Below are positions 14,421 to 27,079 of a stretch of DNA of 64,000 bases, piece by piece. The stretch is taken from NCBI GenBank assembly GCA_904063045.1, contig CAJFCJ010000011.1, positions 1,054,001 to 1,118,000 on the forward strand. The letters run 5' to 3'. Below the pieces are notes generated by a model that searched no databases, was not told where the DNA came from, and was given only the letters and a program-made list of their open reading frames with translations. Position numbers and translations under genes: made by a program. Numbering within the stretch: position 1 is the first letter of the stretch; every line of letters starts with the position of its first letter. The stretch is from Dimorphilus gyrociliatus (taxonomy: Eukaryota; Animalia; Annelida).

Positions 14421-15686
14421 CTTTGCGGTGGAATAAAAAAAATCGTATTACTTTAAAGAGAGGCCAAAAATGATTGTAAACATCTGCAACGCAAGTAAAT
14501 ATTGATTGTTTTAAATATTTCGGAAGTTTTTTTTTTATCAATTTTTACGAAAGAGATTAAAAAGGAAATAATAATTAGTTGTTTGTTTTTTTTTCATGCA
14601 TAAAGAGATACAGCAAGGATAGACTATACGACTGTTGATGCAGCTTGAATATTCTTCTGGCATGCTTGATTTAATTTTAGTGAAAGTAAAAAAAAGAAAA
14701 AAAAACCCAAATAAAATAGATAAAAATTATTTAAAGTACCTGTTAAAATCTCCGGACGGTTAGTTTATCAATTGTTTTTACGTAATCGAGAATAGAAAAA
14801 AGGTTCTATTTCAAAAATGCTCCAAAAAACATTTTTTACTCTATTAAACCTTTAACAGTTTTAGATGCAACAGCTTGAACGTTCGTCGATCAATTCCAAT
14901 ACTAGAGTCGATTCGTAATTGAAAAAAAAAAAAAAACGCCAAATATCTTTAGGCCTAATTTAGGCTTATATCGATTTCTTTCAATGTTTTTTTTTTAAAT
15001 AATGTATACATTAAAAAACAAAATACAACTGAATGAATGTTAAAACTAATTTTTTTCATACTTATAAAAAAATTGTATACTGAGATTATTGAGTGCAAAG
15101 TACTTAATTATTATTCATAGCTAATAACCTTATGAATATTGATTTATTCGAAATAAAAGAATAATATGCAATGTATATATATATATATATATACATATAT
15201 ATAAATAGTATGTGCATATATTACTAAATTCTCGATAACTAATTTCTTTTTCCTTAGTGTAAGCTTATTTAAAAATAGTATTATACCTTTTTTAGTAGAG
15301 GGAAAAATAACTTTATGAATTTTTAAATGCTTTAATTAAATTAGTTAATTTAAATTTACAACGAACACATCTCTAATCAATAAAGGAATAGGACTGACTA
15401 TTAAAAGTTACTAATTTAAACGAAGATAAAAAATCCAGAATGAAATAGAATCGCCATCTATAGGTAAGAATTTTTAGTTTACTTGCATGTCGCTAGGATT
15501 GATATAAAATGGAAGAAAAGTTGGTTGTCATAGAAATTAAAGTTGATTTTTTATTTTTGCTTTTAATCTTTTGTATTGTACATTAGAAATTCTATTTTTG
15601 TTTAATGCTACAATAAATAAGACGAATGTAAATAGTAAAAAGTCATCGCTCAGTTCACATTGAAAACACCCAAAGCTTTACTAATC

Positions 15687-16985
15687 TCATTGATTAGAGA
15701 CGTAGTAGTTTCCACTTGCTCTTCCATCCCAATTATTATTATTGATGCTTTTGTTTGGTTTATATGTCTGACCACTATAATCTGAATGGGCGTAGTATGT
15801 AGGAGGGCCTCTGGATACTGAATAAATTGACTCATTAAGTATTTCAGCGTAATCATCTTCATTTTTCACTTCTTTAGATATCTGGACATCAACAGCATTA
15901 TCGTAATTTGTATAATGTATGATAAGTAGAGCTAAAATAATGCACAGGAGAATGATTATAACACATACAACTCCAAAGCCTATCATCATTTTTGCAGGCC
16001 AGCTTGCTTCATCCCTTAATTTATCCCAACAACCATCAAGATATGCAGAAGCCTCAGTTGCTTTTAATATGCATTCTTCACCTTTCGTGAAGATAACTTC
16101 TTTTGGATTATCAGGAAATTTATCTGAATCTCTAAGTCGGCAACACGATGCAGGAATTTTTGAATTAACTGTTGTATTACTAATCCTATAAATTTTTTTC
16201 CAAGTTTTGGAGGTTTCAAAATTTTTATAAGATTTTAAACCACAACAGCTTAAACTTTGATGAGTTTCATCCCATTGTCTTGATTCTTTATGTGATGTGA
16301 CATTCATTCGCCCTTGCACATAGACTGAACCGGTGTAGGTATTCATGATAGAATTATTTAGATAGTTATAATAATCTTTTTCCGATTCTTCGATGTCCAC
16401 AAAAAAGTAAAACTTATTTTTATATAGTTTAAAGCCAAAAAAGAATAGCATTATGAGTATTACAATACAAACAACTATAGTTAAGCCTGCGTACTGAAAA
16501 AGATAAGAATGTTATAATTAGTAAGTGTTCTTTTTCAACATTTCCAAAATAATGTAAATTTCTTACTGCTATAGTGAGAATTTTATGTTTTAGGTAGACT
16601 CCAAAGTATCCGCAAACGCAAAAAATTAAAGAAATCGCTCCTAAAGTAGTGATAGCATAGACAATCCTAAAAATATATATTTAAAGAACTATATAGTAAA
16701 GGGAGTTTTTGATAAAAAAAATTAAGAATTGTTACCGAAAAGCAATGGCGTCATCATTTGTAGGAACACCTGGAAAACTACTATTTGGTGCTGCTCTCTT
16801 ATGCCATGCCACAACAATTCCCCATATTAAAGCTGCCAATGATAAAACCTAGATGGAACGATATTAGAAACATTAATTTCATATTTGATAAACAAACGAC
16901 TTTTTATTTATATTTTACTTATTTAACTTACCATCCATAGAGTGTTAAATATATAAAAGGCAATTCGAAACCATTTATTCTTCAT
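15687..16985 (-). CDS. Tetraspanin (divergent), copy 1
   Basis: Four exons starting at ATG 16985 (MKNKWFRIAFYIFNTLWM). It has four hydrophobic helices, a large loop with CCG (LSCCG), PASCC and later C/GC, and a long C-terminal tail. Confidence 0.88.
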
Positions 16986-17789
16986 ACTTTTAAACGTGTA
17001 ACTTTTTTGATTTTTTTATGTGTACTACACAAGGGAAATGTCTATTTCTCCTGTCTGCGTTTGTTTTGCCGATCGTTGCTATGGAAGTAATGGTAGCCGT
17101 TTTTACCACCTCTACTGAGAGGGCGACACTCCTAGGCCTTTTTATTTATCATTATTTAGTTTAGCTGGAAATAAAAAAATCATAAAAGAAGCATTTGATT
17201 ATTGCACATTTCCATAAAAACTTTGAACGATAGAGTAAGTGAGGTTAAATAGTATCGAAGAAATAATATTTATAAATCTAGACCAAACGAAGGTCTATAC
17301 ACATAGAAATATTAGATATATACGTTTTTAACATACATAAAATTAATGGACAAAAATTATTGTATAGAAAAAAAAAGTCTGCTTTTTTAGGGGGGGAAAG
17401 TAGATTGTCCACATTTCTGCTTATTCTTTCAATTAAGTATTTATTCTGCCCACACAATTTACCAAAATGCTTTTCTTTTATTAGAACTTTATTCTATACA
17501 ATTTTCTTTAAGAAAGCGACATCTACCCAGAAAATACAAAGGTAAAAATTCTTTAAGATTAAACTCTAACGTAGGAGGACTGTATTTATCTTTAAACAAG
17601 TTAGAAACGACAAGGGAAGAGTACAACGATTGGTGTTAAAGTAGACAAATTCTATAATTATAGTACAAAAATTTTTTTTTCGACTTTTGATTTTCTAGAG
17701 AAAATAAAAATATGACTTGTTTTTATTTTTCTAATATACTTTTAATAGAAAGATAGTCAGCTAAAAAAGATGTAAATATTTCCGAATAT

Positions 17790-18992
17790 CTAGGCATCAA
17801 ACTGCTCCGTATTATTTGATCCTCGAATCTTTGGTAATTCTTCTTCGCTCTTCTTCTTCTTCTTCTTTTTCTTCTTTTTCTTGTCCTTCTTTCTCTTCTT
17901 TTTCTCCTTGTCGTCTTCTACTGGCTCTTCTCGTTCCGTATCCATCTTTACTGGATTTGTGTATGTTTCGGTAGTTTCGTTTTGAACAAGTATTTTCGAA
18001 CTTTTTCGAACAGTTGCAGAGGGTATAGGAGAAGGAGCTGGGGAAACTTTTGACGTGGATGTTCTTGCCTTGTAAAAAAGGAAAAAGGCACAAAAAAGAG
18101 CCGCTAGAGCTATGAAAATTTCAAATATGCTGAAAATTATCAGTATTAGACTCTCTTTTTTCCGATATTTTTCCATATCTTCCTGACAACCATTCAAATG
18201 AGCATTATCCGAATTCGGATTTGTTAGACAATCCAGAACATTAACAAAGGTTGTATTATGACCCCAAACGTCATTTTTCACTTTACAACATCCGATTGGT
18301 ATTTTACCATAAAGCTGTATTTTATTATTCGTTGAATTCACCGATGAATTTATAAGACGGTAATCGTTATTCCACTTGTTAGACCATTTATAGTTGTCTT
18401 TTTGAAAATCTTTATAGCTGTCAAGTCCACAGCAGCCAAAATTTCGAAAAATCTGTTCCCAATTTAAAGATACATCATCCGTTGCTGGTAGAAGCTTATA
18501 AGTGTAGGCAGACCCTATAAAATCATCCTGAATGCCTACGACCAGCTTCTTATTCATACAATTGGTAATTTTCTTATAGAATAGGGAGTGTGACAAAACT
18601 ATGCCAATAATTAATAATATAATCGCTATAATAACACCAATAACGTACTAAAGGAAAATATAATAAAATTAGCTTTTTAAGTTATTCATTTCTAATAAAA
18701 TACTTACAACTAGTAAATAGAATTTATATTTTATAATTGCAGTGACTACTCCTAATATGGAAATCATAAAAAATAGAGTTCCAGCAGCCGTCAATACCAG
18801 ACAACCAATTTCCAAGTTGTCGTGATGTTCTTTAGCATTATCACATTGTATTTCAATTTTAAAATCATCGTCATCGTGTAAAATTATCAATGAGAAAGTT
18901 GTTAATAATATACCAAATATACATATTAAAACATTGAGTATTATGAAAATCCCAGAAGTTATTTTTTCTGAATCTCCTTTGCAAAGTTTCAT
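17790..18992 (-). CDS. Tetraspanin (divergent), copy 2, with poly-Lys C-terminal tail
   Basis: Two exons (18992-~18706 and ~18649-17790). It has four TM helices, NFGCCG and PIGCC motifs, and a tail containing KKKRKKDKKKKKKKKKK. Confidence 0.88.
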
Positions 18993-20657
18993 ACCGTTTT
19001 GTATCTTTATCTTTATTGTTTTAAATCATTTTCTTTAAAAATATAAATTCTCCTGCAAATAAGAAAATGGTCGTCGTTCAGTTTATAACAGCTATAAATA
19101 TATTCAATAGTCCACATAGATATTTATATTACATATAAAGTAAATCAATTCCGCTTAAAGATCACCTCCTAGGCCTTTATTCGAAAATACTACAGAAAGG
19201 GAGGAGATTTAGGTATTTTTTTATGCATTGGAAAGAAAGAATGCGTTCGTGACTAGTAAAAGAAATGACTTATGAAATTCCTATAGCAAAGAATGTACAT
19301 AATTCCAATAATCAACTATATAGAATATTCTATATATAAATAATTTTAATTAGATAATTTAAATAGTAAAATATTAATATAAGATTTATTTTTATCTCTC
19401 TAAATAAGAACATTGTATTAAATAATGTTAAAAAAATATTGAAAATGTTCGAAGATTCAAGAAGAGAGAATGATTCAACTTGACAACAAAATTTGTCAAG
19501 GATATTTGTAATTTAATCTCATTAATAATTATTTTATTATTTATTTAAATTCTAATAAAGTAAAATTATTTTCCAAACCTGTTTCAAAGTTGTAAAATTT
19601 AGTTAAAATACCCACAAATCTGTGGTGTAACTGTCGTTCCCTTCCACCATTAGGGTAATCGATAATAACCACCTGGTTACCAAAGGCAACCAATGTAAAC
19701 AAATGGCAATGCATGCATAGTATTATTTAATCGATAGTACACATACATTGTCGCAATATGTAAAAGAGGTAAAATTCAACAGTAGATAAAGTAGAAGAGT
19801 TCCCCAGATGATATCTTTCGCTAAAGAAATCTTTTATTATTAATTATTTATCAATTAATTTGTAAAAGGCGTTCAAGACTCCTTTGAACGTTTAAAAATT
19901 GATAACAAATTTTTAAGTAATTACGTTTCACTGGTACGTCTCTTCTTCTCTGTTTTTACTATTTCACTCTTTTTTTAAATTCTCATTAATTATTCATTAA
20001 AACTCTTACGCAGTTATAATAACTTCCCCTTTAGTTTTAACCATTTGCAAAATCCTATGAATTCTACTGTACTCTTTCTGTATTATATCATTAAATTTTC
20101 ACTATATCTTTTAGTTTTTACAAAGAAGAATATTTCTAATAAAACAAACAAAGTGCAAACATTTTTCTTACGAAAGCATAACTATGACTATCCATATTTA
20201 CTTCACTCTTTTTATTATATAGTTTGGAAGGTATCTATCTTGAGATATTTTTAGAAATAGAATACAACTATCCGACAGGGAATAGATAATAAGTAACGCT
20301 TCCATTACCAACAGTTAAAAACTTAATGGTCTTTACTCACCTTCCCTAATTTATCACATTATTTCTATTTGTTTCTTTCGCAGGGGAGAAGATAACTGGA
20401 AAAAAATATTTTCAAAATTTGTTTCGTTTAAGCAGAATTGAAGAAATAAACTTGAACGATTAACCTAGTAAAGATCTTTTAATCCTGTAGGTAGCGTAGC
20501 TGGTAGGTAAACTATTGAACTTGTTATAAATAATTGATAAAAGGTGTATAGCATTTTACGCTGTATTCTATTAATTAATACTGCTACTTTGGTAAAAACG
20601 AATAACAAGACGAGAATGATAACAATATGATTCGTTAAGGACAATAGTAAAATGATA

Positions 20658-22169
20658 CTATTTTCTAATGATACATAAAAATAATAGATCGAAAATTATC
20701 TCAAAAAACTCGAAAAGTGTCAGGATGGAGGCCCCCAGCCATAGGCCTACTGCCCCTCCTAAATCTGAAAGAAACTCCTCCATTTCAACTTTGGGAATTT
20801 GTTCCAGTGTTTCATAATTAAGTGATTCGAAGAAAACTCGAAGTTCTAAGAAATTATCATAAGCTTCTCCGACACCTTTAGTTATAATTTGAGAAGCTCT
20901 AGGGTTCGAAATTTTCAGCTCTTCGAATAGTGTGTCTTCATAAGCCCGAGACGGCCATTTCGATGTTGAAACAGTGGCCGAATAAGCGCTTTCTGAGCAC
21001 AAAATAAGACAATCTGAGCAATCTGTTGTTTTATACTTTTCCTGAGCGCTCTCAATACAGTCTCGATTTTTTGAATCTTTGATTGAGCAAGGTTTCAACT
21101 CACGATTAACTGGAGGATATTTATTATCGAAACAAGAGCACGTTTTCTCTAGTAAAGATTGAAAGCAGGTTCTCTGACACCCAGTAAATGAATATTCAGT
21201 CCAATTGTACTTTGCAATGTAAGAATCTATACTTGAATCACGCGTTCTTGTAGAAATACAGTTACCGTAATTACCCCCCAATCTTGTGTACTTTTTCAAT
21301 CTCAATCCAATAGCAGTCTCTGTACCTGGGGATGCCAATATACCATCTGACTCCGGGAACGGCATGCGTACACTTTCCGTGATAGTAACTCTAACCCCAG
21401 CTCTATGAGCTAATTCTCTGATGTACTCGTCCTGGTCAATATTGATTCTTAACTGCAGACCCGAGTGGAAGCCAGATGTTGTTGAAGGGGTATCTTGGAT
21501 AAATGAATAGCAATTGCCAAATTTATTATTATAAAATCGTTTAAAATCATCCCTGTGACATGGAAAGCCATCAAAATTACATTGCAGTATAAAATCTTGA
21601 AACTTATATCCCCAAGCAACTTTTCTGGATTCTGGAATAGTTGATAGATATTCCTGTATTTCTTGTTCTTTCTGAAAGTTCTTATCTAAACTTTTATTAT
21701 TTTTTACGATATCGTCATTTCCAGAATTTAGTAATACATCTCGAAAATCTTCATTAACTGAACTATTCCTATTGAAATAAGAAGCATGGAATTTGTATTA
21801 CATAACAAATAATTTTAATTACTTATAAATCAACACTGTTTTTTATTACCTTAACGGATTTGCATTACAAATTGTCACTGCAGGAAATTTTAGTTCTTTG
21901 CCTTCTAAAAGTGCTAATTTTGTGTTTGTTTCAAATGTGAAATATTCATTAACTAGTAAATATGAATGATAAGTCCACCATGCAGTAGCCACTATAGTTA
22001 AAATTAACCATAAGCCTCTTTTAATTATACCTCTCTCTTGTAATATTCTAGGCAGTCCATGCAGCGTTGAATAATCTCGAAACCCGTCTAGCAGTAAGGA
22101 TTTTTTTAATTTTGATTGACTAGTTCCATAGTAATCCGGTGTTATAAGGACTTTATAAAATTCAGGCAT
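20658..22169 (-). CDS. DEG/ENaC (amiloride-sensitive sodium channel family) subunit
   Basis: Motifs: STLHG pre-TM1, FPAVTICNANPLR, FGNCYSF, AGVRV..MPFPE, Cys-rich thumb, and TM2 LSDLGGAVGLWLGASILT. Two coding exons (22169-~21850 and ~21772-20658). The second exon is open well upstream of the ORF-track start at 21365. Confidence 0.93.
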
Positions 22170-22998
22170 TCTATTAAGCTACGAAGGGAGAGTTGTTTTT
22201 GAATTTAAAGAGGAATTTTGAATAGGCTTCCTTGTTTGTCGATTTACCTTAGAGACTAAATATTGATTAAAGAGACTGTTTGCTTATTGTTGCTCAGTGC
22301 TGATATTTAGTTTAATAAATACTTTATTTAAATATTAGAATAATTTTTTCATAACTTGTATTTGAAATATTCAAAACTCTCAGAAATAGTTTTCTTTTTT
22401 TGCCAGTAATTTATGTAAATTACATGCAGTTTGCATATTTATGAATTACATAATATTTATTATATCGCTATTTGTTTTTCATTGAAGCAAACAAGGGTTT
22501 TTAAAATGGAAATACTGTAAGAATAACTGTCGTTGAAGATGAAACGCATAATAATAGAATCAATGAACAAAAAACAACTTTACTGGCCTCCATTATTTAT
22601 TTTTATTCACTTCCTTTATACGCTTAAAAAAATCTCGATTCCAAACGGAAATTGATCTTTTATCTACAAAATAGAAGTTACTATAAACTTTTAAAAATAG
22701 ATAGTTTTTACTGCAAAGCTGCAAGCTAAATTCTAATATTGCTTTGCATTTGCTTTTAGGTGAATTTTTGTTCTGCAAACTAATGACAAAATTAACTAAA
22801 GTCGAAAATAAAATGGAGTCTAACTTACATTTTGGAATCAATAGAGGAAATTTGGAAAAAAGAAGACAAACAATAAAATAAAAGAAAATGGCAAACTGGA
22901 CTAAGTTTATTTCAAAGCTTTATAGTTCGATCTAGCTTCGATTTACCCCTTTACTTTGTTGTTTGGCATTTTGAAGCTTTTTTTCGCAAACGAACGAT

Positions 22999-23685
22999 AT
23001 GAGAGCTACGGTGTTCATCTACTTGCTATGCTTTTTCAGTTTCTCAACTGAACACAGACAAAAAAGAGGACTCTAGTAAGTTTATAGACAATTTAATAGT
23101 TTTTAATACAATAAATAGATTTCATGATAAAAATCGCCTTTCCGTTTTTTTTGTGCAATAAATTAGACAGTAATTATTAAAACTGTTTTAATAAAGATCT
23201 AATTGATTTTCCCTTTTGAAACAATTCAAAACATTATTAATACTGAATGGTATAAATTGGCCTGAAAGCGTATAGAGTCGTTAGATGGCGCTCCTAGAGC
23301 TTGAAATCTGCATGAAAACGTAATTGAATGAAAAAGCATTTATATTTTTCTGAGAACGTCTTAAATATTAATAAAATATCTATTAATATCTATTTATATA
23401 TACGTATTCGCTGTATGAAATATAAATGTGATTTGAACAGTGTAACCTACAACGAAAGAGCTGAAACAGTTTGCCTTGGATTATGTTTGTATTACAGAAG
23501 AAATCGTAATTTACAATATTGTCTTCAAAGATGCCGAGTAAACAGGTTCATTATTTGTTCTTATACATGCTAATATCAAAATACATATTCAATATTTAAC
23601 TTGTTATTTATTAATTTAAAAATAAAATAAAAACAGGCCACCGAAAGCAAGGAAACGAGAGAATGAAGCTAATTATCGTATTTGA
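22999..23685 (+). CDS. Small secreted prepropeptide: signal peptide, RQKR site, C-x3-C-x11-C-x3-C peptide
   Basis: Exon 22999-23075 (MRATVFIYLLCFFSFSTEHRQKRGL, donor GTAAGT, phase 2) joins in phase to the exon at 23441 (YVTYNERAETVCLGLCLYYRRNRNLQYCLQRCR). A third exon starts at 23637 and ends at 23666 or 23685, depending on the donor used. Confidence 0.6.
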
Positions 23686-24030
23686 ATCATCTATTCAGTA
23701 AAGTTAAATCTCCAAAGCACCTATCCAGAAAGCTTAAGAACTTTTGCATAGTATGTTGACAAACACATAAGTAGTAGTAAGTTTTACATGATTAATTTAA
23801 CTCTTTGTTTGTTGAAGAAAAGATTAAAAGGGTTGTCCATTCAAATACATTTTGAAAAAGAAAGAAAAAAGTATAAAAAAGTAATGAATAATTAAAGTTA
23901 ATAGATTGTAATTGACAAAAATTTGCTAGTGAAATTCCGGCGGGTAATTACAATATTCCTCAGTATGCTGACCAAACTAACCAAGGATTCCCTGGGAAAT
24001 CTTGCCTGATTGATTATCAATTTTTGGTTG

Positions 24031-26148
24031 TTATTTCTGACCCGATGCAAAAATAGCGGCAAACTCTGTAGGATAATAAATAAAGAGTGATGAAAATAGT
24101 ATGAGAAATTATTCACCCTTTTATCTATTTCACTCTAATCCAATTATGGGAAAGCGTTGAAAAAAGATCAATTAAGCAAGTGGATTAAAGAAGAAAAAAT
24201 GAAAGGGAACCAACAGTTTCAATGACGCATAAATAGTTCGATTTTTTATCCACTTACTGTTACTTACCGAAATTAGGTAGGAACTCTTAAATATGACAGC
24301 CGCTACCCTAACAACACTTAATGAAGGAAATGTCAGTAAGTTACACAACATAAGATCACGTGTTAACTTAACCCGGGTTTGATGTAACGCAACCTGAAAA
24401 GTGCTATCAAAGGAATTTCAATTTTTCCCTTCAAATTCTTTCTATTTAGGCTGCTATTTTATATCAGAAGATGGATGAACGCAATTTGAGTATATCAATC
24501 ATCTTGATAATTGTAAGACGTCTAACGTATTCGCGGTTTCTGTCTTTATCACTTCTTCACCTCCTCTCCCTTTATTATTTTTTTATCATTTCAATTCTGA
24601 ACTCAATTTTTAGCATTTTGTTATTTGGAAAATCCTATTATATGATCAAAAGGGTAAAAAATCCGTAAGTAGATGGTGCAACTTAACTAAAAGCTCATAA
24701 ATTCAAAATTATTATAAAACATGTTGTAAAACAAAATTAACATAAGAATATTTTTTGTGATATTCTCTCTTTTGAAATGAGAAAATGAAAGAATCGATTT
24801 TTTTTACTGGGGATTATGCTTTCAAAATTTTTTAGCCTATATTTCTATTATTTATCATGGAAAAAAACCTTACTGGACTGCCTTATACAAGCTGTTACTC
24901 TTAACTAAACCACGATATCAGTATTATTAACTGTAGAGCCACAATGTATGGATTAAAAAATATTATTAATACCTTCATAAGTGATTTTGTTATCCATATC
25001 CTTATCAACATCCTTTATTATAGCATCTATATCTTCCTGAACGGCATTATCATTATGTAACCACTCCAATACCATACGCAATTCAGTAACGTCGATTGCA
25101 CCATCTTTAACACTGTTAAATACTCTGAATGCTTCTTTAACCTCTTCGTCGCTATCCGATTTGTTCATCTTTTTAGCCATCATATTGACAAACTCGGAAA
25201 AATCAACTGCTCCACTTCCATCAATATCCACTTCATTAATCATTTCCATAAGATCCTAGGTTAGAAAGCATTTTATTTAAATCATTCAAACATCAAATGG
25301 AAATGAGAAAAAAATCAATATTATCTTTTTCATCCCTTCTCCTTTTTTCATCCCTTCTCCCTTTTTCCTCCAAATCCCTTTCCAACAATATTTTTGAAGT
25401 GAACTTACTCATACAGTTATATTTTATATAGGACAGGCACACACTCCCACATCGACATTTATCTACTCTAACTATATATATATACATAAAAACAGCAAAT
25501 ATACAGTGTATATGTGTACATATATATATATAGCGTAGATTTATATACTTAAAATTTATCCTTATAAATATGTATGCATTTTCCCTTTCATACCTGGCTA
25601 CATGTATCTGTATTTATGTATGAATTTATACAACATAAGTACTTATAAATGTATATACAATTACTTTATATATACTGTATAGATAGATTTATATATATAT
25701 ATATATATAGATACAGCATATGTGAATAAACGTGTATAGTTATATTAGTTATACAGTATATATATATATATTTATATACATAAGCGTATATATTAAAAGA
25801 ATCTACTTGCATTTTAATATATAATTATATCGGTATATATTACGATATATAGTGTACATACACCGCGCGTATAGACTATTTTTAATTTTATATCTTCTAT
25901 AACAACTATAATAAAAATGCTTTTATTACTTGTTCGGTTGGGTTTTGACCCAAAGATCGCATGACCATTCCCAACTCCTTAGTAGATATACTTCCATTAC
26001 CATCTTTGTCAAATACTTGAAAAGCTTCCCTAAATTCTGCCGAATATTTACATTCAATCTATAATTCAAGATATTTCAAGTCTTTATATTAACCTGCAAT
26101 TTGTTCATCAGTCAGACTCTCCATAGCGTTTTCTTCTTTTGCGGCCAT
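24031..26148 (-). CDS. Calmodulin-like / troponin C-like 4-EF-hand protein
   Basis: Four exons: 26148-~26094 ([18 protein letters not shown]), ~26040-~25951 ([36 protein letters not shown]), ~25256-~24972, and 24065-24031 ([11 protein letters not shown]). EF1 and EF2 are canonical; EF3 ([12 protein letters not shown]) is degenerate. Confidence 0.92.
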
Positions 26149-26244
26149 AATTCTATTATAAAAGTGTATAAAAGCGTCCGGGAACGGACGAACAACTGTT
26201 TCATAATTTCGTTAAGCGAATAGTGTGCGGCGTCCCTCGTCTGA

Positions 26245-26252
26245 TGACGTCA
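26245..26252. promoter_or_regulatory. Full palindromic CRE (TGACGTCA) in the divergent promoter region
   Basis: Exact CREB/ATF octamer about 100 bp upstream of the calmodulin-like ATG, in a GC-richer patch between two head-to-head genes. Confidence 0.35.
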
Positions 26253-26285
26253 TTTTCAATGGGAATAGTTAATTATCAAGGCGAG

Positions 26286-26726
26286 AGGTGGCGTAATGTG
26301 CGTTGTTTATTGTTTTTCATCCTATTTTAATTTAATCTTCAATACAATGCTAAACTATCAAATTATAATATACTCCTACTGCGACATCATTATGATGGTT
26401 TCAGTATTATTTCAGTCTCTATGGTGTTGTGTATACGAATGCTGTACTTAATTCTCCGCCGAGTCTGAAATCTTAAATGAAAATCTTCGCTTCGGTAAAT
26501 CCCTTCTCAAACTTCAGTAGTGATAAGACAATGAAAACAAAAATAGACGCCCAATTGTCTCATTATGTGGTTACGTTATTTATTCAAAGAACAACTGAAT
26601 AATATATCTCAATCTCTTATCTTATTTATCAATCTTTAAAAAATTAAAAGGGAAAAAAATTTCTCTTTCTCCTGCGCCATCTGTTTGCGCTCTTATTTGT
26701 TGAACGGTAATTTCTGAACGCCACCT
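26286..26726. promoter_or_regulatory. Cluster of three CTCF-like AG(A/G)TGGCG motifs in the bidirectional promoter
   Basis: AGGTGGCG at 26286 (+), CGCCATCT at 26675 and CGCCACCT at 26719 (both -). These match the right half of the CTCF consensus CCASYAGRKGGCRS. Confidence 0.45.
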
Positions 26727-27079
26727 GTCGTTTGGATATCACTTTTTTTACTTGTAGAAAATTATAGCTATTTGCTTACTAAGCGTAAAGCATATATTTG
26801 TATAAATGTATGAAAAATTTTTGAAAACTATCGATTTTTTTCACTCGGGTAAAATTCAATCAATGGAAAAACACATCTTGCGGTTTGTAGAGTTGAACAG
26901 CAGTTTAGTTCTTTTATACGTGTGCCACGTATCTCATGAAGAATTGCCTAAAAGAATGCTTACAAGGGCAAAACTTAATGTAAATAAACAAACGTGAAGA
27001 AGGAAATAGTTTATTGCAAAAGAGACATTTAATATAATACATTTTTCAAACAAATACGTCGATTATTCAAAGAAAAAAA

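Noticed and set aside
23930-24060. Coding-looking plus-strand stretch (EIPAGNYNIPQYADQ...)
   Set aside because: It is better explained as the antisense of the calmodulin-like last exon (24065-24031) and its 3' UTR.
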